A stretch of 64,000 nt of DNA from a virus. Position numbers and translations under genes: made by a program. Under the pieces are notes generated by a model. It made no database searches, had not been told where the DNA came from, and worked only from the letters and a program-made list of their open reading frames with translations. This document shows positions 46,786 through 56,888 of this stretch, one piece after another. Within the stretch, counting starts at the first letter, position 1, and the number at the start of each line of letters is the position of its first letter. The DNA is taken from IMG/VR virus record IMGVR_UViG_3300042731_000990, positions 4,514 to 68,513 of that record; one strand, written 5' to 3'.

Positions 46786-47919
46786 TCATTCTTCTTTGTA
46801 ATCTATTGTGATGTCAAAGTATTTTGTAAATTCAGCTTGTCTGAACGTGTAATGTAATCTGTGATTGTATTCATTTATAATACTTTTAATAAGATTACTT
46901 TTCATGTCATTAGGAAGTTCAATACCTTCTTTCTTATACCAATCTAGTAAGTGAGCTGTAGGTGTCTCATCCCATTCATTAATGTTTAGTTGCCTAAATA
47001 TATTTCTCACATTCTTAAATCTATTGTAGTCTCTAAGAGAACTTAAAGCTTGTGTAAGTATGTAGTAAGAATAAGGTTTGGCAGCATCAGAATAGAAATC
47101 ACTTTCTGCAAATACAGTGGCACCCATAAGCCTATCTTCTTCTACAGGAGATTTAAGTAATTTAATAATCATATCAGCAGTATCCATGTTAATTGGTTCT
47201 CTGTTAGCATGAGTTTCTACAAAGTCCTCTTCAATGTATACTTGTTTACCATTCTTTAAATGGTGATACAAAGCTTCCATAATTCCACCTGCTACAAATA
47301 CGGTATCAGTAGATTGTTCATAGTCTTTACTTGTAGAAGTAAGTGTTTCTTCAAGACATTGATCAAATACATTTTTACTTTTACTCCACCAACTGGCGCG
47401 TAAAAGTTTTTTAGTATCATGACCAAAGAAATCTTCTAGACTTTTACCAGCAGTGTATTCATTACAGTATAGATTAGAATGTACTAGTTGACCAGATTCA
47501 GGTTTGTATAGTCTATCATTATATACTTTAGGTAACTTAGGAATAACAATAATATCTGCAGTAGACATTTTTCTAACACGTTTACAATTATGCTCATGAA
47601 GCATTTGTGTAAAGTTTTGAGAAGGTGTGCTCAGGTCTTTCATAAAGTATACTGTTTGACCTTTCTGCATTTTTGTAGTGTTATTATTAAAAACACCTTG
47701 AAGTTTGTCATATTTGTCTCTATTGATCTCATAGAATAATTCAGCTCTGTAGCTGTACTTATTCTCACGTTCACTGTTGTAGACAATTAAAGTACTAGGA
47801 TAGGTCCCCAAGCTTTTTACAGCTTGAGGATCTTCCACTTTATAATTACTTTCAACTGGATAGAAACGACCTACGATTGTTCCTTGCCAGTTGGTTTCTT
47901 TAGATGTTATCGCTTTCAT
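46786..47919 (-). CDS. Hypothetical protein downstream of the MoxR ATPase
   Basis: 377 aa; 1-nt overlap with the ATPase gene. Confidence 0.7.
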   Translation of the reverse strand: MKAITSKETNWQGTIVGRFYPVESNYKVEDPQAVKSLGTYPSTLIVYNSERENKYSYRAELFYEINRDKYDKLQGVFNNNTTKMQKGQTVYFMKDLSTPSQNFTQMLHEHNCKRVRKMSTADIIVIPKLPKVYNDRLYKPESGQLVHSNLYCNEYTAGKSLEDFFGHDTKKLLRASWWSKSKNVFDQCLEETLTSTSKDYEQSTDTVFVAGGIMEALYHHLKNGKQVYIEEDFVETHANREPINMDTADMIIKLLKSPVEEDRLMGATVFAESDFYSDAAKPYSYYILTQALSSLRDYNRFKNVRNIFRQLNINEWDETPTAHLLDWYKKEGIELPNDMKSNLIKSIINEYNHRLHYTFRQAEFTKYFDITIDYKEE

Positions 47920-49115
47920 TATGATACAGTCATTTTAACAATGTCAGGATTCATCATTAATTTCTGGAACTTATTACGGTTACCATTAATGATTTCTCTA
48001 ACCATTGTGTATTTTAAGTCATTAGTAAATACTTCATCTGTAAAGATGTTACTGAGTCTTTCAATGATCTTCTTATTTACAGCAGTTTTATCTGCTTCAA
48101 CAAGATTGTAATTGATAAGTCTGCGGGCAATAACAGAAGCAATATCTGCACGGTATGTCTCTTCTTTACCAATAGCTTTAGTTAATACAGCTTTAGTATT
48201 AGACCACTCATCCATTTCCATAATTTGCTTAGGGGTAACTAGTTTATCTAAACGATTATTAATAAACGTAGTAAAGAGTGTAGCAAATTCATCACCTACA
48301 GAACCTTCACCAATCATTTGAATAAGAGGTAATTGTTCTTCAAAGTTTTGAATAGTACTAATAGCATTAAAGAAAGTAGTGATAGATCTTGCGTTAGTTT
48401 CCTGAGTTACAAGCTCTGGGTGCATCAATAAGAAGTTAATACAACGGCCATCAATACCATCTTGTTCTGCCCATCTAGCCCAGCACTCAATGTCAAAGGT
48501 TAGATTGGTAGAAATGAAACGAGTCTTTTGAGCTGAATCTAGAGAGTTAACAATGTAGTCTCCGTTATCAGGATTACTGGTTAGAAGAATAGTCCATCCT
48601 TTAGGTAGTGACCAAGAGATGTAAGTTTGTCTGTCTACCAACTCCATAACTGCTTGAATGAAACGTTGATCAGCTCTATTCCAGTCATCTAGAATAAGAA
48701 TACCACCGTTTTCTTTATTAGCAATCCATTCTGGTGCAGCATAAGACATACGCTTTTTACCAGTAGCTAAGAACCCTGCATCAAGATACTGAGTAATAGA
48801 TACTTCATCTACCCATTTAGTCTGAGGTGTTTGACCAGACTTTAGTGTAGAAGGTTTTTGTTGGATCTCAAATTGTCTAACAGGATAACCAACCAAGTCA
48901 CCAATCTCTTCTATCTGTGCCAAGTTAAGTTTAACACAATCTAACTCATGTTCTTCAGCTACTTGCAATACAGTAGAAGTTTTACCAATACCTGACTCAC
49001 CTACTACCTCTACAGCTGTAGGAATCTTGTTGTTTTCCTGAAGTCTTTTATTGTTTTCAATAATGTGAGCTAAGAAATCTTTTAGTTCATTAATGTTAAG
49101 TTGAGTAGTTGCCAT
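47919..49115 (-). CDS. MoxR-like AAA+ ATPase
   Basis: GESGIGKT; 'LILDDWNRA'; 'TSNP'; 'LDSAQKTRF'. Confidence 0.85.
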   Translation of the reverse strand: MATTQLNINELKDFLAHIIENNKRLQENNKIPTAVEVVGESGIGKTSTVLQVAEEHELDCVKLNLAQIEEIGDLVGYPVRQFEIQQKPSTLKSGQTPQTKWVDEVSITQYLDAGFLATGKKRMSYAAPEWIANKENGGILILDDWNRADQRFIQAVMELVDRQTYISWSLPKGWTILLTSNPDNGDYIVNSLDSAQKTRFISTNLTFDIECWARWAEQDGIDGRCINFLLMHPELVTQETNARSITTFFNAISTIQNFEEQLPLIQMIGEGSVGDEFATLFTTFINNRLDKLVTPKQIMEMDEWSNTKAVLTKAIGKEETYRADIASVIARRLINYNLVEADKTAVNKKIIERLSNIFTDEVFTNDLKYTMVREIINGNRNKFQKLMMNPDIVKMTVS

Positions 49116-49116
49116 A

Positions 49117-50292
49117 TTAATTCAATTTAATTTTAAACCCTGGTAGGTCATCGTTAATAGTAGACTGTGAGCTGTGTGCCCACAAGATTTTACAGTTCAC
49201 ATCTTCTGGAGGCCGAGCCTCACCATCTGTGAAATAAATAATTGAGGTATACTTTCTTGGATTATCATTGAAATGATCAATGACTGGTTGGAAGCTAGTA
49301 CCACCTCTTCCGTGTACTTCATAGGTTTGAGAAGGTTTAAACTTCTTAACACTATTGATTTGAGTATCACATTCTACAATAGTAATTTCATTACCACTCT
49401 TATGAATATGATTGATCTCTTTCAGAAACTCTACAAGTTCTTCATTAGATACACTACCTGATGTATCTATAGCAACTAAAACATGGTTTCTTCTTTTGAT
49501 CTTAATACCAGGATTACCTGCATAACGTTTGTTATACTTCCTTCTACTTTTCTTTGTGTATACTATGCTGCTATTAGCAACAAATCTTCTTAAGTATCCT
49601 TTCCAGTCAAACTTAGGTGCTTCTACATCTGCAAACAGATTGTCTATAATAACCTTCAGTTCTCCTGGAATATGTCCTGCTTGTTTAGACGACACAGCTT
49701 GTGCTGTCTCACGCAGTTGATGTTCTATTTGTTTAACTACCAGTTTCTTTTCAGCTTCTGATAGTGAATCAAATTCTTTCCATGTACCGTGTATGTCTTG
49801 ATCACCTATACCTTGCATCATCTGTTGTACAGAATTAGGTTGATCCTCTGGGGTATCTTCCTCATTCTTATCATGAAGCAATTTGTAATAAGTGTCTGTA
49901 CCTGCTCTTACAGGAAGAGTCATGTCTGGAAATGAATCCATTGTAATACCACCTTCAGGTAATCTATGACGAGCAATGTATTGATTGATTTCTAGATCTG
50001 CTGCAATATTAAATAGCTTATGATCTGCATAGTTTTCTCTGGTGGTTATGTGGTTAAACGCAATATGTAAAAGTTCATGTTTAATTAAACCCCATCTGTG
50101 ATCTTCAGACAGATCAGTCCAGAAGTCTGGATTAATTACAAGCTTAGCATTAATATTTTGTTTGGCCACACCTGCTGTTGGAATACCTTTATTCCATTGT
50201 TTATTTAGCCCAACTAAAAAGAGCCCATAAAAAGGCTCTTCTAACATTAGGTTTTTTGTGGTCTTAGCTAAAGACCTTGACAAGTCTACCAT
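49117..50292 (-). CDS. DUF2201-type metallopeptidase plus VWA domain protein
   Basis: HELLH; 'NIAADLEIN'; MIDAS 'DTSGS'; 'GRGGT'; 'FTDG'. Confidence 0.88.
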   Translation of the reverse strand: MVDLSRSLAKTTKNLMLEEPFYGLFLVGLNKQWNKGIPTAGVAKQNINAKLVINPDFWTDLSEDHRWGLIKHELLHIAFNHITTRENYADHKLFNIAADLEINQYIARHRLPEGGITMDSFPDMTLPVRAGTDTYYKLLHDKNEEDTPEDQPNSVQQMMQGIGDQDIHGTWKEFDSLSEAEKKLVVKQIEHQLRETAQAVSSKQAGHIPGELKVIIDNLFADVEAPKFDWKGYLRRFVANSSIVYTKKSRRKYNKRYAGNPGIKIKRRNHVLVAIDTSGSVSNEELVEFLKEINHIHKSGNEITIVECDTQINSVKKFKPSQTYEVHGRGGTSFQPVIDHFNDNPRKYTSIIYFTDGEARPPEDVNCKILWAHSSQSTINDDLPGFKIKLN

Positions 50293-50690
50293 ATTTTAAT
50301 ATTCATTTCTTTAACAAACCCGAAGCCGTAGCCTACAAGTGTTTTATGTAGAAATATACCAATGTTATCTTCAATAAACTTTTTAGTATCTGCATTTAGG
50401 TTAGCTCTTCTAGCATAATTATAGATTCTATTTACACTAGTACCTACATCTACTGTAGCTTCTTTAACTTCTTTGTATGACTTGGGAAACTGATCTTGCC
50501 ACATTTGTTTTTTAGCGTTAGTACAGTGTTTCCAAAAGAATACCAGAGCTATAGGGTCATCTATGTTATTCTCTTCAATAATAGTTAAGGCTAGATTAAA
50601 GTCTTCTTTGTTTCTAGAACGTATTAGTTCTACAATTCCTCTGAAGCTTTCACGTACTAGTCCTCTATCTTTAACGTTTTTATCATCCAT
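50286..50690 (-). CDS. Hypothetical protein
   Basis: 134-aa ORF within the operon. Confidence 0.65.
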   Translation of the reverse strand: MDDKNVKDRGLVRESFRGIVELIRSRNKEDFNLALTIIEENNIDDPIALVFFWKHCTNAKKQMWQDQFPKSYKEVKEATVDVGTSVNRIYNYARRANLNADTKKFIEDNIGIFLHKTLVGYGFGFVKEMNIKIW

Positions 50691-50998
50691 TTAGTAGGAG
50701 TATTAATATTATCAATCCATTCTTTAGCACTGGGGATATACCCATTGCAATCTTCTTTTACATGTTGTTCTCCCACATAACGTGTGTACACAACTTTTCC
50801 TTTACTATTTGTAAAACTGGTGCCAAACACCTTTTCACATTCAAATATACCTTCACTGTGATGTCTAAACATTCTGTGCATGCTGTGACCATACCACGCT
50901 TTAGTTTCATCAAACCAGTTATGTATGTCTATATAATCTTCAGGAGCTCCTCCCCATTTACGAACAGAAGATTTAGCATGCTCATTAGGATGCGCCAT
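50657..50998 (-). CDS. DUF6915-like His-rich protein
   Basis: 'MAHPNEHAKSSVRKWGG..EDY..IHNWFD...RHHSEGI...EQHVKED'; start moved to ATG 50998. Confidence 0.75.
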   Translation of the reverse strand: MAHPNEHAKSSVRKWGGAPEDYIDIHNWFDETKAWYGHSMHRMFRHHSEGIFECEKVFGTSFTNSKGKVVYTRYVGEQHVKEDCNGYIPSAKEWIDNINTPTKWMIKTLKIED

Positions 50999-51329
50999 CT
51001 GCAAATACTTTTTGATCACTAACACCTTCTTCTTCTACTGTTCTTGCGTAGCCTTCAATATTAAATGTTACTTCTTCTAGATTTACTCTAATCCATCCGT
51101 AACCTCCTTCATTATTTACCCAATCATAGTAAAGATGTTTAGCTAATATATCATAAGCCCATTCTTCTAATACTTCTGTTTGATCTTTATCAATATCTAG
51201 ATCATTATCAGTATGAATTTCTTCAATCCATCCTGAGTCTCCACCACCTTCGTAATATATTTCAATAGAGGTAGCTCCCTCATCTACTAACTTTGTAAAC
51301 AAGGGCTTTAATTCATCTGTGTTTTCCAT
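50985..51329 (-). CDS. DUF6878-like acidic protein
   Basis: 'YEGGGDSG' and 'WVNNEGGYG'. Confidence 0.7.
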   Translation of the reverse strand: MENTDELKPLFTKLVDEGATSIEIYYEGGGDSGWIEEIHTDNDLDIDKDQTEVLEEWAYDILAKHLYYDWVNNEGGYGWIRVNLEEVTFNIEGYARTVEEEGVSDQKVFADGAS

Positions 51330-51331
51330 AA

Positions 51332-51703
51332 TTATTTTTTGTGAACTGTTATATATACTCCGGGATTTTCTTTGTCATAGGAGTATACATCAAATAAAGG
51401 AATCATTTCTTCACAGTTGTCATCATCTAACCAACCTGCATGAACCATTTCATCTTGAATAGTTTGTGCGGGATTGATGTAATCAAACTTGTGACGAGTT
51501 TTTCTTACAAACCTCATACATATTTTATAAGGTTTTTCAAGACCTTTTATTTCATCTAAAAATTCTTGTTTGTATTTAGCCCAGTAAGGTTTGGTATCTT
51601 TTCTCCATTGCTGAGTAGCTTTACTAGCAATAAACTTTCTACCGGTCCATACTCTAGAGTTTTTACTAGAAGGAACATTACCTGGGATAAACCACTCTTT
51701 CAT
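51332..51703 (-). CDS. RusA-like Holliday junction resolvase
   Basis: 'VPSSKN', 'FDYIN...QD...LDDDN', 'ENPGVYI'. Confidence 0.7.
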   Translation of the reverse strand: MKEWFIPGNVPSSKNSRVWTGRKFIASKATQQWRKDTKPYWAKYKQEFLDEIKGLEKPYKICMRFVRKTRHKFDYINPAQTIQDEMVHAGWLDDDNCEEMIPLFDVYSYDKENPGVYITVHKK

Positions 51704-51704
51704 T

Positions 51705-52667
51705 TTAGATGTTTATAGTTTCTAATAAGATCTTTTCAATAGTGTTACGTACAGAACTAAGTCCGTTTTCTTTTACACCGTCTGATATGTCTTTAGCATA
51801 AGGATAAAAGCAACCATTGATTCCATACTCAGTACGGTACTTCTCAATAGCTTTTATACCTGCTTCGTCATTGTCAAACAAGGTAATGATTTTTTTGTAT
51901 TTAGTTCTTAGGTTATTAAGTATATGAGGTCTGAGAGTACTGTTCTCACTATCAGGAGCTATTACTTCTATCTTAAAGTTCATAGCTTCAAGAGTCATAG
52001 CATCCTTAAGAGAAGAACAAATAACAAGTACATCTTTATCAAATTCTAGTTGATCAAGACCTTGTACATGTTCAGCTAACTTCATAAACTTCTTTTCAGT
52101 ACCCGGTTTGTATATCTTATAGATAGTACCAGCTTGAGTAAAGTAACCGTATGTAATCTTAGTACCAGGAAAGAATTCTCTAACTTTTTCTCCGTTACTC
52201 ATTTGATAGTAACTAAGAGGTTTCACATTATATTTTTCTAGTAGTTGTCTAGATATACCAAACATTTTCCAGAAGTCTGCATCTTCTTGAATCCAACCAC
52301 GTACAGTATGCTCTGTAATCTGAAAAGGATTCTGAGCTTTTACAGGTTGAGATATATAACCAGATTTAAGACTTTGTCTGTAGTCTTTGAGAATCTTTTG
52401 TGCAGCGTCTTTAAACGGTACATTAAAAAGTTTCTCTACCATATCTATAGCAGAACCATAGTAACCACTTGAGAAGTCTTTAAAACGATAAGCATTGGTG
52501 TTTCTATCTGCATATAAACACATGCTTGGTGTCTTCTCTTGTTTGAATACTGAATGTATCTTAATAGTCTGTCCGTGTAAACGTTCAGGAAGATTTAAAT
52601 AGTATTCAAATATCCATGTATCTGGTACCTGCTTAACATCCGTTATAATAATTTTACTACTAATCAT
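51705..52667 (-). CDS. DNA primase (crAss-type DnaG/Toprim)
   Basis: 'EKTPS...FKDF', 'SSLKD', 'FDNDEAG', 'KDISD'; likely start ATG 52667. Confidence 0.85.
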   Translation of the reverse strand: MISSKIIITDVKQVPDTWIFEYYLNLPERLHGQTIKIHSVFKQEKTPSMCLYADRNTNAYRFKDFSSGYYGSAIDMVEKLFNVPFKDAAQKILKDYRQSLKSGYISQPVKAQNPFQITEHTVRGWIQEDADFWKMFGISRQLLEKYNVKPLSYYQMSNGEKVREFFPGTKITYGYFTQAGTIYKIYKPGTEKKFMKLAEHVQGLDQLEFDKDVLVICSSLKDAMTLEAMNFKIEVIAPDSENSTLRPHILNNLRTKYKKIITLFDNDEAGIKAIEKYRTEYGINGCFYPYAKDISDGVKENGLSSVRNTIEKILLETINI

Positions 52668-52672
52668 ATCAC

Positions 52673-52680
52673 CAAATATA
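52673..52680 (-). promoter_or_regulatory. Possible Bacteroidota-type -7 element (TATATTTG)
   Basis: Matches TAnnTTTG; lies just after a terminator and 5 nt before the primase ATG. Confidence 0.35.
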
Positions 52681-52681
52681 T

Positions 52682-52719
52682 AAAAAAAGAAAAGGGAAAC
52701 ATTTCTGCTCCCCTTTTCT
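52682..52719 (-). terminator. Intrinsic terminator
   Basis: Minus strand GGGGAGCA-GAAA-TGTTTCCC followed by a T-run. Confidence 0.75.
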
Positions 52720-52761
52720 AACCATGTTAAACCTAGCACAAGTTAATTATGCAAGGTAAAT

Positions 52762-53484
52762 TTAGACATTAAATTCCCAATTAACATCTTTCTCAGCTGT
52801 TTTTTCTGAAGAAACTGAACCACCTTTTAGATTAGCTTCAATCTCTTTATCCTTAGCAGCCATGTAGATATGTGTATCTGGGTTGTACTGCTCTACAAGT
52901 TCTTCATTACCTTCTACAGCATAAGCTTTCTTACCTGCTTGAGGGATAGGAAGATATCTTTCATAACGTGGTTGAAATTCTCCATCATCATTCTGTCTGA
53001 AGTATTTCTTACCACCAATAATTACATGTAGTTTCTTTTCAGCACTAACAAGTACATGACTTGCTGCAGCTACATACTCATCAAGAGTGTTTGCTTCAAT
53101 GGTATCTAAAGTATCACGAACGCCAAGAGTATCTGCAAGGTTAGTAAGAGAACGTAATGTTTCTAAATCACGATCTCTTTGTTTACCAGCACGAGATGGC
53201 TTATTACTAAAATAGAAAGGAGCAATACGTACTTTTGCAAACTGACCTTTGTAAGTACCTTTATTAGGATTATCATAATCTCTTAATGCACCTTCAAAGT
53301 CTGGCCCTTGATCAGGACCTTCTAAGCTTAGTACTACAGTTACGTCAGGGTTTTCACCTTTATCATAACCTGCATACTGAAGTTCTAGTCCACGTAGAGA
53401 TACTAAATGATTACCTAATGATAAGATTTTACTAGTAGGATACTTGTTTCCTGTGTTTGTTGTAATGTTCTTAGATGATAACAT
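52762..53484 (-). CDS. Putative ssDNA-binding/replication accessory protein
   Basis: 240 aa; follows the AAA_24 ATPase; flexible tail ending in aromatic residues (WEFNV). Confidence 0.45.
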   Translation of the reverse strand: MLSSKNITTNTGNKYPTSKILSLGNHLVSLRGLELQYAGYDKGENPDVTVVLSLEGPDQGPDFEGALRDYDNPNKGTYKGQFAKVRIAPFYFSNKPSRAGKQRDRDLETLRSLTNLADTLGVRDTLDTIEANTLDEYVAAASHVLVSAEKKLHVIIGGKKYFRQNDDGEFQPRYERYLPIPQAGKKAYAVEGNEELVEQYNPDTHIYMAAKDKEIEANLKGGSVSSEKTAEKDVNWEFNV

Positions 53485-53498
53485 AGTTAAAAATAAAA

Positions 53499-54191
53499 TT
53501 AAAGTTCATATTCAATAAGTGCTTCAATAACAGAAGCTAAGTTGTTGGGAATGTATTCTTCATCAAACATACCCATTGGCGACTTACATGTGTTGTCACC
53601 ATTGTTCTTAGTCTCAAAGACATAGTCAATACCATCCTTTGTTTTTAATACTTTAGAGAATAGTACTACACTAAATAGACCTTCTAGAGTAAGAACATTG
53701 TCAATCATTTTACCAATAGTCTTGGCTTTGATACGTTTAGCACCATCACTATCATAAAACTCCTCACTGTGTGTAAGGAAGATAACTGTTAAGTCATCAC
53801 GCATCTTAATAGGATAAGTACTAATATCACTCATAGCTTTTGCAAGTTGAGTAAACTTATCATAACCTTTTTCATTGGCTCTTGCAAAGTATTCATATGC
53901 AAAGATGTACTGAAAATCATCAATAATCAATGTCTTTACAGACTCTTTGTTATTGATAGCATCTAAAAACTTACGCATTTTAGCAAAGTCTACACGTTCT
54001 CCACGCTCATCAAGCATGTCACTTAAACTTGCTAAGTTTTTATTTTCTTTAGAATACTTGCTTTTCCAGCCTTTAAACGGTAAAGGTTTATTAGCTGTGT
54101 TAAAGACGTAGGTTGAAGCAGGATCAAGATCCTTAATACCAGTAGATTTACCACTACCGGAATCACCTACAATCAAAATAGATTGTGCCAT
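53499..54191 (-). CDS. AAA_24 / Sak4-like P-loop ATPase
   Basis: GDSGSGKS; 'KPLPF'; 'IIDDFQY'; 'KTIGKM'; 'KSPMGMF'. Confidence 0.85.
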   Translation of the reverse strand: MAQSILIVGDSGSGKSTGIKDLDPASTYVFNTANKPLPFKGWKSKYSKENKNLASLSDMLDERGERVDFAKMRKFLDAINNKESVKTLIIDDFQYIFAYEYFARANEKGYDKFTQLAKAMSDISTYPIKMRDDLTVIFLTHSEEFYDSDGAKRIKAKTIGKMIDNVLTLEGLFSVVLFSKVLKTKDGIDYVFETKNNGDNTCKSPMGMFDEEYIPNNLASVIEALIEYEL

Positions 54192-54199
54192 AATGATTT

Positions 54200-54751
54200 T
54201 TATTTAATAGATTTCAATGCCTCTAAGAATTCTCCTAATGTTACACTAGACAGAGGCTTATCTAGCGGTAGACTTGATTTAACCGGTTGTTCAAACGCAT
54301 CTGTTAAAGATGTTTGTAAAGTTTTACTGCTAAGTTTTGGTGCTTCTACAGTAAATTCTGGCTCCTTGTATACAGGATAGTCCATTATCTTAGTAAGATT
54401 TTCTATAGGTAAGTAGTATCTTTCTTCTTTACCGGGATCTGTATCATGAATTAATACTTCAAATGGATGTCCATTGTGTACCCATTTATATAGATCTCTG
54501 GTTTCAGAAGCAGGTGTAAATGTACCTGTAGTATCATCCTTGTCTGCAAATTCAAAGTATGCGCATGGTTGAGATGTCATTTCTTTAACTTCATTCAACC
54601 ATAATAGGATAACTTTTTCACCTTTAGGCAGTCCTAAACTTTTCTTAGCAAATGATAGTGTTGCTTTAAAGATAGGCTCATCTTCTCCAATACTTGCAAA
54701 GGTAGGTGCATGAAACCTTTGCCATAATTTGTTTAATTCTCTTTGTTTCAT
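54200..54751 (-). CDS. Hypothetical protein
   Basis: 183 aa; coupled to the helicase gene. Confidence 0.7.
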   Translation of the reverse strand: MKQRELNKLWQRFHAPTFASIGEDEPIFKATLSFAKKSLGLPKGEKVILLWLNEVKEMTSQPCAYFEFADKDDTTGTFTPASETRDLYKWVHNGHPFEVLIHDTDPGKEERYYLPIENLTKIMDYPVYKEPEFTVEAPKLSSKTLQTSLTDAFEQPVKSSLPLDKPLSSVTLGEFLEALKSIK

Positions 54752-55758
54752 TAGAAATTCATTTGATTTTTACGTTTTTCTGGTTCTTGGATTTCTATTA
54801 GTTTCATTAGTTTACCATCTAATTTGAACCAAAGCATATTACCTGGTTCAGAATATCTGGTTTTAATCATATGCCATACCACAATATTGTGATCTGGTAT
54901 CATATGTTTACCTGGACCGTAAACTGTAATGTTAAATTTAGCAGGCCTGTTCATGCCAACAACTACATCTGCATGTTGCATGATAGAATCACTACCTGCA
55001 ATATCAGAATCATTGATATAGTTACCAGTCTTACCGTTTTCATTACGTGATGGGTCCAAAATATTCCTGTTAAGCTGAGATAAAATGATAAAAAGTATGT
55101 TGTTATTGTACTTATTTTTCATCTCAGTGATCATTAAAGACAGCTCAATAAGCAAATCTCTCTCTGTTTGCCTACCTGATTTACGTACTAGAAGGGTGTG
55201 ATCAAGAGTATAAATGATCTTCTTATCTGGATATACCGTACCAGAATAATAATCAATCTCTCTTTTCATTTCACTAACAGTTAGAGGTGTATCAATAACC
55301 ATAGGCATTTTACGTTTAGCCAATTGATTTTCAATAAGGTCTTCTAACTTTTTATACGTAGTATCATCAAGTGGATTAGGATTAGAGTTAATAAGATTAT
55401 AATCAAGCTTGGTAGTACCAACAAGTTGTCTAAGTGCATGTTTATCACCAGGCATCTCAAACTGAAACTCTATGATTTCTAAGTCTCTTGCAATCTTTTG
55501 ATTGAGTTGATAAGCTTCTCTAATAATCTGATCTTTAGCAAGTGTTTTACCAACACTGGAACGTGCTGCAAATACTACCATACTACCCCAGTCAATACCA
55601 CCTAGACCTTCACTATTAAACTTAGCCCATGGTGTTTGTAATGAAGTAATTAAACCTTCTTTACGTTGCTTAATTACACGTAAAGCATGGCGGTAGTTTT
55701 CTATTTGGTTTTTAGCACGAGACTCAAAACCATTATCTAAATTCTTGGATGACAGCAT
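54751..55758 (-). CDS. dnaB: DnaB-like replicative helicase
   Basis: 'AARSSVGKT', 'FQFEM', 'LDH', 'LSQLNR', 'DIAGSDSIMQHAD'. Confidence 0.85.
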   Translation of the reverse strand: MLSSKNLDNGFESRAKNQIENYRHALRVIKQRKEGLITSLQTPWAKFNSEGLGGIDWGSMVVFAARSSVGKTLAKDQIIREAYQLNQKIARDLEIIEFQFEMPGDKHALRQLVGTTKLDYNLINSNPNPLDDTTYKKLEDLIENQLAKRKMPMVIDTPLTVSEMKREIDYYSGTVYPDKKIIYTLDHTLLVRKSGRQTERDLLIELSLMITEMKNKYNNNILFIILSQLNRNILDPSRNENGKTGNYINDSDIAGSDSIMQHADVVVGMNRPAKFNITVYGPGKHMIPDHNIVVWHMIKTRYSEPGNMLWFKLDGKLMKLIEIQEPEKRKNQMNF

Positions 55759-55759
55759 G

Positions 55760-56368
55760 TTATTTAGATTTTGGAATTATAACAGGTACATCATCTGAAG
55801 TGTCATGACTATCAAACATTTCTATTTCTTTAGCCAATTCACTTATAGTCTGTGCTTTTTCCTTGTAAACAAAACTAGAAGCATTTTTCATGTATCGTTT
55901 ATCATCAGTGTTAGACCACTTGTGTAAGTAGTTTTTAGTAGCTTTAAATATATCTTCCCACTCAGTGGTTGGATAATGAGTAAAAAAGTTTTTAAATGCT
56001 CTGTTAATCTCAGCAGGTGAGCTTCTCAAAGGTCTTTTATTAGTTCCTTCACCGACACTTACTTTAGGCCAGATATCTCTGTACTTTTCTACGTTCTCTT
56101 TAAATGACGTTTGTTTAGTTACATCTTTAAGAGCCCAACGTTTTTTGAACATCTCTTGTACTTGATCTACTAAACTTTGACCAAGCATTGTAAGTTTAAC
56201 ACTTTTTACATCTACTATTTCTAATAGTCCTTTTGTTTGAAGTAAGCGTATGTCAAGACTAACTTTAGTTTCTTCAAGTGGTTTTCTCTTCTGGTTAATG
56301 CACCAGAGAACATATAGTTGGTTTGGTGAAATGCCATATTGACGGCATAATTTTTCTATGTGCTCCAT
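55760..56368 (-). CDS. Putative replication initiator/helicase-associated protein
   Basis: Winged-helix-like N-terminus; 'IWP...LR...YMKNASSF'; upstream of dnaB; likely start ATG 56368. Confidence 0.5.
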   Translation of the reverse strand: MEHIEKLCRQYGISPNQLYVLWCINQKRKPLEETKVSLDIRLLQTKGLLEIVDVKSVKLTMLGQSLVDQVQEMFKKRWALKDVTKQTSFKENVEKYRDIWPKVSVGEGTNKRPLRSSPAEINRAFKNFFTHYPTTEWEDIFKATKNYLHKWSNTDDKRYMKNASSFVYKEKAQTISELAKEIEMFDSHDTSDDVPVIIPKSK

Positions 56369-56389
56369 TGGTTTTAGGTTTAATATGTT

Positions 56390-56405
56390 GTATTTTATAT
56401 ATGTA
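56390..56405 (+). promoter_or_regulatory. Putative phage late-promoter motif GTATTTTATATATGTA
   Basis: Upstream of the two-gene + strand island. Confidence 0.5.
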
Positions 56406-56570
56406 GAGGGAACTACACGGTACAAGCAAGGTACAAAAAAATATTGACCAACCGGTCAAACAAGGCTCCCACCTTGCAACTTTAGTACGTTAAAGTTTCA
56501 CATTTTGTTTTTTGTTTTTCAATAGCAAGGTTCACGTGAGGGGGTCTTGCCTTTTATAAAAATTATTACG

Positions 56571-56888
56571 GTGGATAATAAAGTAATTTCAGCATTTGCA
56601 ACTTGGGCTTTTCCAGGTGTGTTGTCATTTTTAATCATGTTGATGTATAATGACATTAAAGAAATGAAAACAGATATTAAAGCTTTACTTGAGCAATCTG
56701 CAGGTGATAAAGTAAAAATTGAGTATCTTGAGAAAGAATTAGAATCCCTCAAAGATCAAATAACATATAACGATCTTCCTTATGATGATGATCAACAACA
56801 TAAAGAGAACATTCCAATCTATGCTGTCTTACCAAACAATAAGCAAGACGGTGTTTATACTAAGCGTATTCATCCTACAGGGGTGTAA
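56571..56888 (+). CDS. Single-TM plus coiled-coil protein (holin/antiholin-like)
   Basis: Likely GTG start at 56571; TM 'FATWAFPGVLSFLIMLMY' followed by heptads. Confidence 0.55.
   Translation: MDNKVISAFATWAFPGVLSFLIMLMYNDIKEMKTDIKALLEQSAGDKVKIEYLEKELESLKDQITYNDLPYDDDQQHKENIPIYAVLPNNKQDGVYTKRIHPTGV

Noticed and set aside
43121-55758. Inteins or group I introns in PolB, primase or DnaB
   Set aside because: Protein lengths are compact, catalytic motifs are contiguous, and no intein termini or LAGLIDADG motifs were seen.
56369-56570. Replication origin in the divergent intergenic region
   Set aside because: Only short inverted repeats are present, with no iterons or clear DnaA-box cluster; it is better explained as promoter and leader sequence.
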